Source of the DNA: Squalus acanthias
Taxonomy: Eukaryota
Reading direction: 5' to 3'
Assembly: GCA_030390025.1 (NCBI GenBank)
Contig: CM059432.1
Coordinates: forward strand, 83,888,001-83,952,000
Length of the DNA stretch: 64,000 bases
A model generated the notes under the pieces. That model ran no database searches and had not been told where the DNA came from. It saw only the letters and a program-made list of their open reading frames with translations. Shown here piece by piece: positions 26,401-36,099 of the stretch (within the stretch, counting starts at the first letter, position 1; each line of letters begins with the position of its first letter). The position numbers and the translations under genes are program-made.

Positions 26401-27351
26401 AAAGATTAGTGCTGGTTAGTTGCAGGGATCACAAGTCTGTAAAGTGAACTTAGCCCATTAACAGGGGTAGAGTGGCCTATTTTGTTGTTTTCCATGTTAC
26501 AAGGAGCTATATGAAAAACATTGAAATTCACTGTAAACTTTTCTGTTCATTCATATATTACCTGTAAAATAAACCAGTTTGTTGGTTTTCAATGTTCACA
26601 TCTCAATAGAATGCTGATCCGTCAAACTTCGGGAAGATTGAAGAAATGTACATGAAGGGTGCGTGTAAGAATGCCTAGTGTGGACTGTTGGGAACGGTAG
26701 CAGGAAAGGTTTTATTAAATAATCCATTATATGTGCAGGATTCTATTTTGTAGTTAAAAGACGATTTGCAGAAACTGTTGAAACAGGCGATATCTGTAGA
26801 ATGTCAACAAATCAGCTCAAATCTGATCTGATCCAAAGCAGTATCGCTGATGTCATACAAGATAGTCTTTGGTAGTTCTAATCTTCTAATAGTTAGATAT
26901 AGATATATATCTGTTTGGCGACAATATGTTTACCTTTCCTGTACTTATAAGGACAGCTTTTGTTATGAGACCCACTCTGGAATGCTGAGTTTATATAAAT
27001 TAGCTGTAAAACCAAGAGTGAAGGTCATGGAGGAGGTGATACAATGAACTTTTAGCTGAGCTTAAAAAGCAAGCCCAGTGTAAGGAAGTAAATCAAGACA
27101 CAGGGACTAATACCCTGTGACTGAACTCAGCAACTGCAACATGAGGTCTCCTGCAGCCTTTGCACTGTCTGCGTGTTGTCTGTGAGTATTAGTTCCTATA
27201 ACAAAATCTGTAAAATTAAGATTCTGCGTTTAGAACCTCAATTCCTGGCACAAAGGAAACCGCTCCAAGCTGCTCTCTCTCTAATAGTAGATTTGTAACC
27301 GTGCCCTTCAGCGCCAAACAGGGCAACCTTCCTTTTGCCTACTTTTGCCTA

Positions 27352-27815
27352 GTGTCAGCCATGGCTCAGTCGGTAGCACTGTCGCCTCTGAGTCAGAAGG
27401 TTGTGGGTTCAATTCTAACTTCAGCGAATTGAGCACAAAAATCTAGGTTGACACTCCAGTGCAGTACTGAGGGAGTGCTGCACCGTCAGAGGTGCTGTCT
27501 TTCAGATGAGGTGTTAAACTGAGGCCCTGTCTACTTTCTCAGGTGGACGTAAAAGATCCCATGGCATTATTTCGAAGAACAGCAGGGGAGTTATCCCCAG
27601 TGTCCTGGCCAATATCTATCCCTTAGTCAACATCACTAAAATAGATTATCTGGTTATTATCACATTGCTGATTTGTGGGAGCTTGCTGTGTGCAAAATTG
27701 GCTGCTGCGTTTCCTACATTACAACAGTGACTACACTTCAAAAGTACTTTGTTGGCTGTAAAGCACTTTGGGACGTCCTGAGGTCATGAAAGGCGCTATA
27801 TAAATGCAAGTCTTT
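27352..27815 (+). mobile_element. tRNA-derived Deu-domain SINE (SacSINE1-like), full length
   Basis: Pol III A box TGGCTCAGTCGG and B box GGTTCAATT; central GTCTTTCAGATGAG...GTAAAAGATCCCATGGCA...GTCCTGGCCAA (Deu-domain-like); L2-like tail AAAGGCGCTATATAAATGCAAG. Confidence 0.82.
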
Positions 27816-28989
27816 CCTTTTACTTCCTGAAGGAGCAGTTCTATAGTTGCAGCAATGAATGGAGATGTTCTCTGTGCGCACTTACTTCAAGAGCTGCAGA
27901 TTTCCTGCCCCCTTTCCAGTGAATGGGATCCCAGTAAGGCCAGGAATATATCATTATTGAATATATAATTAGATTGACCATGGGAAGATCTGAAAGGGTC
28001 AGCCATTCCTAAAACACGTGAGAGCAAAACATTTAGTGCACGAGTCCCACAGCCCGGGTGCTGGGACCAGAAAATCTACACTTTTACATACAGAGAGACA
28101 AGGCACAAGACACAAATGTTGTTTTAAATCAATTAATTGCCTGCTTTTCATGAGCGATCTATATGGCTCTTCTCTCATGTTCTTGCATTCCTGATGATTG
28201 AAGCCCAGTTTATGCTTTGTTGTTTATCGCAATGCCGGAATTTCCTGAGGTTTTGTGTGATGGTGGATATTATGTTCATTCAGTTGATGATGTCGTCTTG
28301 GATTACCAACTAGGAGGGGAGTGTGCCTCAGCAAATATTCCTCTAAGGCAGAACCTCTTCCACAATACCTCACTTGTTGAAACAGACTTTACTGTACAGT
28401 TTCTGAACCATGGCTTCATAGTTTTTATCAACACCTCAAGACTGGCAATCCGCTTATATATTTATTATAGTTGTCAACAGGCTTATTTCCTGCTTTTTAA
28501 GGTGCTAAATTGTGTTAATCGCTGTCAGCTTAGCTTTGCACTGGTTAGTTAAATTTCAGAATTACCACTTTGCTACTCTGATGACATACATAGTTCCCTC
28601 ATGTTCAACAATTGTTTCCCTTACAAGCATTTCTCCACTAAACGTATTGGCAGATGCCAATATATACAACCCTTGTATTCTCAGTAAAATATTTTTTGTA
28701 AATTGACCTCCTTTCTATGGCCGCGATTTTACCCTCGGCGGTGGGTTGGAGTCGGGTTCGCTGCTCGGAGGGTTCCGGTCCCGCTGCCGGTGTAATCCGC
28801 TTTGAAATAACGATTTTGGCTTAAGTGGGCTGATTAAGCCCATTGTGCGCGCGACCCGGCCCAATCAGTGGGTTCGGGTCTGCTGCTCACCTTTGCTGAC
28901 GTCTTTCATCCAGCTGCATTTAAGGGGCCCATGCAGCCTTGTTGTTGTTCATTCCTATTCTGTTGCTTCTCGGTGTGGCACATATCGAA

Positions 28990-30887
28990 ATGACTGCTTC
29001 AAGACCAAAGGCATCTCCACGATTCGATGATGACTCCCTCCATGCTCTTGTGGAGGGAGTGAGAGGGCGTCAAGAGGTACTGTTCCCCTCAAATGGACAG
29101 AGGAAGCCTCCTCAGCAAACCAAGGCAGCCTGGCTGCAAATTGCTGAGGAGGTGAGCGCCAGGTCTTTGTGTGCATGCACCTGGGTTCAATGCAGGAAGA
29201 GGTTCAATGACCTGCCACGCACAGCAAAAGTGAGTATAACATCACACTTATCTTCAATCTGCTCCCCATCTCTTCTCATCACCAGCACTCTGCATTGTCA
29301 ACTTACTCCTGCACATCCCACTTTACCCTTACATCCCTTGTACTCTTAACCATCCCTCTCTCTCTATGTACAGAATCACTTCACCATTCTACTATGCACC
29401 CCTCACACTCGCTATCACTGTTATGCAATGACAACAACTAACAACGCACAGGGAGGGCCCTTGGTATTGGCACCTCACTCCATCTTTGTCTCCCTCTAAG
29501 CATCTATGCTATGGATTCTCTACACTCACTCCAACATTCTCACTCAAACTCCACTTGTGTCCCTCATTGCAGGAAAAGAGAGCCCACAATAAGAGGGAGA
29601 GGGGCAGGACAGGAGAAGGGCCACCTTCGATTGCCCACTTGACCGCCGCTGAGGAGGCTGCTCTCAACATCGTCGGAGGTGCTGAGGAGCTGGAAGTGTG
29701 GGATGGAGAGATGGGCGCAGTAGAGCAAACTGGTGACAGAATAGATTTACAACCCTCTCATTTAGATTGCATGAGTGACTGATATGGCATCTGATGTTCA
29801 TACAGATTGAGTTCTGATCATCTGCACAATTCGATGTGCCTGCTACGTTAATATCACATGTCTAACTCATGCCTTTACTCTCCCACAGGGCCATCGAGAG
29901 CCCCCCCTTCCCACTGTCCAGGAGGAAGAGCCGGAAGACTCCTCTGAGGGCGCAGTGTCAGCAGAATTGATCGCACCCAGCACCAGCGCAGAGAAGCACA
30001 CCTCGGTGGGTCATTCGCGAGATAGATTAGTGTTGTCACCTGGTGTATCACAGCTCACAAGTGAGCATCAGCAGATGATGGAGACAGGGACAGCAGTGGA
30101 GAGTCCTCGTCGGAGGCCGCAGGGCGCTCCTAGCTCTGCTCAGCTGCATGTGGACCCTGTGCCTCTGGGGCCATCCAGAAAGAGTGTGGTGCTGGAACTT
30201 CAGCAACAAGTGCAGGAGTCTCTGGCAGGTTTTGTATCCACGGTAACTGCAAGTGTGCAGAGAGTGGAGGAGTCCATCTTAAACATGAGCACTGCCATGG
30301 TGGAAGCAATGGCGCATGAACGTGCCGCCATGGAGAGGGTGGCAACCTCCTTGGACGACATAACTTGCCAGACTCAACAGAGCATGGTGACTCTTCTAAA
30401 TAGATGCTCTGCTATGGAGGACAGATGGGCATCTATTGAGGAGAGACACCAGAGGTACATGGACATCCCCGTTATGAGGACCGTCAGTACAGAGACGGGT
30501 CCTCATGGCGCCACTGATGTGCAGCAAGGTGCTCTCCAGCTACTTGCTAGCAGTGAAGTGCGGGCGACCCATGAGAGGGATGTTGGTGGTCGACAACAAG
30601 GAAGTGTGGGCTCCTCTCCAAGCGCTCACACTCCCATGCCACTGCGGAGCCCTCAGTCAGAGCCCCAGATTCCTCACCCAACTGAGATGGCCGTCTCAGC
30701 CCCTGCACAGCCGCAGGAGGAGCAGATTGTTGCCGAGCCCTCCCAGGCTCCCAAACCCAGAGGACGCCCACCGAAGGTGTCGAAGCAGGAGCAGCATAAA
30801 AGTGAGCAAGGTGCCTCCACATTTGCTGAAGCCACAGGGGAAGCACCACGTAGAATCACGCGTAAGAGAAAGTTAGCACACAAATAG
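28990..30887 (+). CDS. Harbinger Myb/SANT-like DNA-binding protein gene, 3 exons (28990-29229, 29573-29732, 29889-30887)
   Basis: Exon 1: MTASRPKASPRFDDDSLHALVEGV...AAWLQIAEEV...TWVQCRKRFNDL (trihelix Myb/SANT), donor AAA|gtgagt. Exon 2 follows ttgcag|: EKRAHNKRERGRTGEGPP. Exon 3 follows cccacag| and is open to TAG at 30887, with heptad-like helix, PRGRP and a basic tail. AATAAA at 30948. The exon 2/3 junction needs a 1-nt correction in the C7 run (29901-29907) or an alternative donor. Confidence 0.8.
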
Positions 30888-31141
30888 TCACAAGGGTAGT
30901 CACTTGATGTAATACAAAGTGAAAATTATCATCGTTATTTCAATTGTAATAAAGAAATGTGATGGCAAAGATTCAAAGAGTTGGCCTATGTGTGCCCAGA
31001 AAAGGAAGTGTCACAGTGAGGGGTGAGGGCACCTCTCATCTGTAATAATGGTGATGAGAGTGATAGGAACCCACAGTTTATTGTACAGATGGTGTATGGT
31101 GTGCTAAGAAGGTGGCAGCCACATGTGTTTGCTTCATAAAC

Positions 31142-32330
31142 TTAAGTGAATCTGGCATGGATTAGTGCATCCCTTGCCTCACGGCCAGCAATATGCTCGC
31201 GTGCTGGTGGAACTGGCACATCCGCCTCCGCAAGGTCTTCCTCCTCCTCCGAGGAGGAGGCTGTGCGCTGAGCCACTTGTTCCTCAGGCAGCGGTAAGCC
31301 ACAGTGCTATGTGATGTTGTGCAGTGCACAGCAGACCACGATGATTCTGGAGACCCTGGCTGGTGAGTACTGTAGGGCTCCACCTGATCTGTCGAGGCAT
31401 CTGAATTGCATTTTGAGCAAACTGATGGTTTGCTCGATGCTGCCTCTGGTGGAAATGTGGCTCGCATTGTAGCGCTCCTCAGCGGCGTCATTAGCCACGT
31501 CTTCAGGGGATAGCCCTTGTCTCCAAGTAGCCATCCGGAAAGTTGGGTTGGCGGATTGAACAGCTGCGGCACAGTAGACTGCCGTAGGATGAACGAGTCA
31601 TGGCAACTGCCAGGGAACTTGCTGCAAACATGCATAATGTTCTTCCTGTGGTTACACACCAGCTGGATGTTAAGGGAGTGGAAGTCCTTGCGGTTGACAA
31701 ATACAGCTGGGTTGTGATGGGGTGCCCTAATAGCCACATGTGTGCAGTCTACGATGCCCTGTAACCTTGGCAAGCCTGCCATATTTGCAAAGCCAACCAC
31801 ACGCGCGGTTACACTTGCTTCATCCGTGGAGAAGTGGATGTAATTGTGCGCCTTTGCAAAGAGGGCATCGGTAACCTGCATGATGCAAGTGTGTGCGGCC
31901 GACTGGGAGATGCCGCTGATGTCTGCTGATGATCCCTGGAAGGAGCCTGAATCAAAAAAATTGAGGGCGTTGTGACTTTGACAGCCACTGGTCAGGAGTG
32001 TCCACCTGCTCCTCTGGGCTCCAGGTGTTGGTACAGCATTGTGCAGATATCAGTGACTACCTCTCGCGAAGGTCTCAGCCTCCTTTGGTAGTGCTACTCA
32101 CTCATGTTGAGGAAGCTCATCCTCTGCCTGTAAACCCTGTGTTGGGGGTTTATCCTGCGGCGAGGTGCAGCCCAGTGCTGACGGCCTCTGCCCTGTGCAG
32201 CATCAGGTGTCCGAGGAGAAGGTTGGCGCTCCTGTTGTTGCTGCTGCTGTTGTGCCTGGTTCTGCTGCTGCCGCGGCTGCTCTTCCTCCGATTCTGAGGA
32301 CCAGAATGAGAGGGTATAAATGGTTCCCAT
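31142..32330 (-). pseudogene. Harbinger (HARBI1-like DDE) transposase, disrupted
   Basis: Motifs [92 protein letters not shown] and CCALHN are split over several frames, with internal stops (e.g. 32094-32096, 31307-31309). Confidence 0.92.
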
Positions 32331-33732
32331 TCCGCTGGTATATATCTCAGTTGAGGAATAGATATTACAAGCACTCAGTCAATGTGGGGAGAGGGTTTTC
32401 CAAGGAGGTCACAGTGCATATGGATCTCAGCTTAACCACTTACAAGCTCAATAGACCTGCAAAATGTGTTCCAACACCTCAAAAAACAAAGTTCTGCCAT
32501 CTGAAAGTCAGCCATGTTACAGGTCCGCTTTTATGCTGCAGGTGCAGCTGTCAAGATTTCACATAGTTTCTGAACCCAGCACAATCAGCTGGCATGTTTG
32601 GCGAACAATGTGGAATACACTGAAAATGTTGTAAAATGGGAAGAGGCTGGTAAAATGGGATTATGTAGGCAGTTAACAAGCTGTTAACTGCCTTAAGTGC
32701 CTCTCCCGTCGCTTGGTGTCGGGTCTGATCGGGACTCCCAGACCCGACACTTGGCAAAGTTGCGTGGAGGCGGGATGATGGCGGGTTCGGAACCTGCCAT
32801 CAATCAAAATGACTTTAACTTCTGACCCACCTCCAAGCCCGCCCTCTTAGCGCCGGCAAAATCGCGGCCACAGTCTTTTCAAACATTCTGGGTTTACTCT
32901 TGCACCACAGTATTTGGTGAAGGGATATATGTGTACTAATAACCAGTTTATACCTGCTTCACAGAGGCATAATGATACAATTGTATAAACAAAATATGAA
33001 ACAACTTTCTTAATTAAAGCTGAGCTAAGATGCGATTAAAGTTTGACAATCCAAGGCATCCACTCCACAGAAGTGCAGAGTGACTGGGGAGATGGTGACT
33101 ATCGTGAATGCCAGCAGCACCACACAATGTGCTCGGAGGTGTTGCTGTAAGGAAGTTTTCAGGGATCATAAAATCTGCCAAGATGGGCAAAGCATGCATG
33201 CCACAAAGAGTTTCCTCTCAACCTGTTACACATTGATTGCGGCTGCATGCAAAACACTCAGACAATCCTACAGTTCTTTCAATGCTTGGCGTACATGCCC
33301 ATACCGCAGAAAGGCACACTTTTCACTTGCAAATTACAACTGGAAATCTTCTCACATTTACATCTTTTAAGGTGAAAAAATCCTTCCAATTAATTCTAGC
33401 TAAATCATACATGTTCATTTACTCACGCATATGTTAGGATGCAAGTTGGGCATTTAGGTCTCACTGAATGTACTCTTGAGACTTCGAACATGTGAACACT
33501 ACTTATCTGTTGACACAAGTCAGCACATAACAGGAGTGAGAAGAAGTGCACAGGAGGCGAGGCCATCAAATTTAAAGGGGGCAGCTGTCAAAATTGTTAG
33601 TGATAAAAGCATAAAGGGAGTGGGCTTTATGAAGCCAGAACGTCCCCAACCATTCTTTTCATGTTATTTCTTCTCCCTATACTCATTCACTCTCACATAA
33701 GTATAAAGTCATGCGCAACATATGACTCACAC

Positions 33733-34575
33733 GGGTAGATTTTAATTTTCAGGTGGCCGACCGGCAGAGTGCGCCAGCTGGTTACCTGCTCTTGCCAGGG
33801 AGAGGGTATTTACAGGGCCAGTCCTCACTTCCATGCTGCCAGCAAGCTGCATGCCTCAAATGGGCGTCCTGCTGCAGCTCGTCGGGGTGGACAATATGGC
33901 TGCGATTTTACGAACCTCGGCGGGCCCGTGACGGGCGATGTCGGTGGCGGGTCTCTGCTCCACTGCTGGCTCCGTCCTGGCCTCCGAAATGACTTTTCAA
34001 TGATTGGGTTTGTTAAGCCCGCCCAGCGAGTTTCCTGGCCAATTGAAGGAAGCAGGTCTGATACGTCATCAGCCGGTTTCCTTAAAGGGACCATGCCCAA
34101 ATTTAGTTTGACATTTGTGCTGTCATTGTTCTACAGCATTGAGGTGCTGCAAACACTGACAAGCACTGCACAGAGGTGCACGGTTGCACCCAGGCTCTCG
34201 CATGACTCCCTCCATATGCTTATGGAGGGAGTCACAGCACGCAGGGAGGTTCTCTTCCCTTCCCATGAGTGGAAGAGACCTCCCCAGGACACCAACGCAG
34301 CCTGGTTGCACATTGCATAGAAGGGCACGGGCAGGGATGTCGTCAGGAGGACCAGGCTGCAGTGGCGCAAACCTTTCAATGATCTCAGTAGATCACGAAA
34401 CGTTACTGCAAAGACACACTCAGCCTCATCCAGCTGTGCCACTCATTACATCCCCATTAGTCTGCCTTCCCTACCCTACTCCTGCACATCCTTACTCACA
34501 CCAACCCGCTGTATATCATTTTAAATTTAACAGCTGACCCGCCACCCATCCCGTCCGCTGAGCAAAGTTCCGGCC
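33733..34575 (+). mobile_element. Internally deleted Harbinger element retaining Myb/SANT exon 1 (pseudogene)
   Basis: APRLSHDSLHMLMEGVTARREVLFP...KRPPQDTNAAWLHIA*...QWRKPFNDL, homologous to 28990-29229; termini GGGTAGATTTT / AAAGTTCCGGCC. Confidence 0.82.
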
Positions 34576-34576
34576 T

Positions 34577-35545
34577 ATGTTCAAGGACTTTAGAGAGGAA
34601 AGGGAGGTTAAAGACATTTTAGAGATAGTTGGAGTAGGTAGATGTGAGTTAGGACACAGGCAGCCGAGTTTTGGACGACCTTAAGTTTACGGAGGGCAGA
34701 ACATGGGAGGCCGGCCAGGTGTACATTGGAATAGTCAAGTGTAAAGGCATGGATGAGGGCTTCAGCAGTAGATGAGCTGATGGAGGGGCGGAGTCGGGCG
34801 ATGTTACGGAGGTGGAAATAGGCGGTCTTAGTGATGGCGCTGATATGTGGTCGGAAGCTCATCTCGGGGTCAAATATGACACCAAGGTTGCGAACAGTCT
34901 GGTTCAGTCTCAGACAGTTGCCATGGAGTGGGATGGAGTCAATGGCTAGGGAATGGAGTTTGTGGCGGGGATGGAAGACAATGGCTTCGGTCTTCCCAAT
35001 ATTTAGTTGGAGGAAATTTCTGCTCATCCAGTACTGGATGTTGGACAAGCAGTCTAACAATTTAGAGATAGTGGAGGTGTCGAGTGAGGTGGTAGTGAGG
35101 TAGAGCTGGGTGGCGTCAGTGTACATGTGGAAACTGATGCTGTGTTTTTGGATGATGTTGCCGAGGGGCAGCATGCAGATGAGAAATAGGAGGGGGCCAA
35201 GGATAGATCCTTGGGGGACACCAGAGGTAACGGTGCGGGAGCGAGAAGAGAAGCCATTGCAGGTGATTCTTTGGCTACGACTGGATAGATAATAATGGAA
35301 CCAGGTGAGTGCAGTCCCACCCAGCTAGATGACAGCGGAGAGGCGTTGGAGAAGGATGGAGTGGTCAACCGTGTCAAAGGCTGCAGACAGGTCGAGAAGG
35401 ACGAGAAGGGATAGTTTACCTTTGTCACAGTCACATAGGATGTCACTTGTGACTTTGATAAGAGCCGTTTCGGTACTGTGGCAAGGCGGATGCCGGCTTG
35501 GAGGGATTCAAACATGGTGTTCCGGGAAAGATGGGCACGGATTTA
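34577..35545 (-). mobile_element. L2 LINE RT fragment
   Basis: SFHMYTDATQLY...WMSRNFLQLNIGKTEAIVF...VRNLGVIFD...AYFHLRNIARLRP. Confidence 0.88.
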
Positions 35546-36099
35546 TAAAGGTGTTGAAGTCAGAGATGAGGTAGCAGTTGATCAGTTTAATACCAGCAGT
35601 GATATTGTAATGGGTGAAGGGCCGGATGAGAGGAAGTTGGGAATTTGAGAGTGAACTTGTGGGGTAGCTGTGGAGTGCTTTTTCCAGGGGCGGAGAGCAA
35701 AGGCCTCTTTTTTGGTCCTGTGCTTTCCTATTTTCCCATTTTTCCATTTTGGCACATGCTCCATAAGTTTACCTTGAAAAGAAGTCTCAGCATGCATCTT
35801 GATGTCCAGGATGGCAAACCCAAGTCAAGTGTATGGAGTTAGGTCACAGATCAGCCATGATCTCATTGAATGGCAAAACAGGCTCAAGGAGCTAAATGGC
35901 CTCCTCCTGTTCCTATGTTTCTATGTGCCTAGACTAAGAGGTTGAAAATGCCATTGAGGGACTAGTAGTGGTAGCAGCAATATAATAAGGTGCACCAGAC
36001 AATAAGGAGTGTCACAGTTAAATACTTTCTTCAAGTGACAAACCACTTCTGTCAAGTAATTGTGCCCAAACCATTTTAGACTTTCACACCCCCGTTAAG

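Larger units (their letters stand above)
28719..32869. mobile_element. Full-length PIF/Harbinger DNA transposon (~4.15 kb) with convergent Myb/SANT and transposase genes
   Basis: Perfect 12-bp TIRs GGCCGCGATTTT (28719-28730) and AAAATCGCGGCC (32858-32869) enclose the two genes typical of Harbinger. The flanking triplets (TAT / ACA) do not form a clean TSD. Confidence 0.92.

Noticed and set aside
27352..27430. tRNA gene
   Set aside because: A and B boxes are present but run straight into a SINE body found four times in the window; no complete cloverleaf.
28217..28552. 111-aa ORF as a gene
   Set aside because: Non-ATG start, no motif and no splice support; likely a chance ORF.
31142..32330. 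Host gene HARBI1
   Set aside because: Lies between TIRs next to a Myb/SANT gene and has stops and frameshifts; it is a transposon copy, not the domesticated gene.
28716..32872. 3-bp TSD for the full-length Harbinger
   Set aside because: Flanks (TAT vs ACA, or CTA vs CAG with 13-bp TIRs) do not match, so no TSD is claimed.
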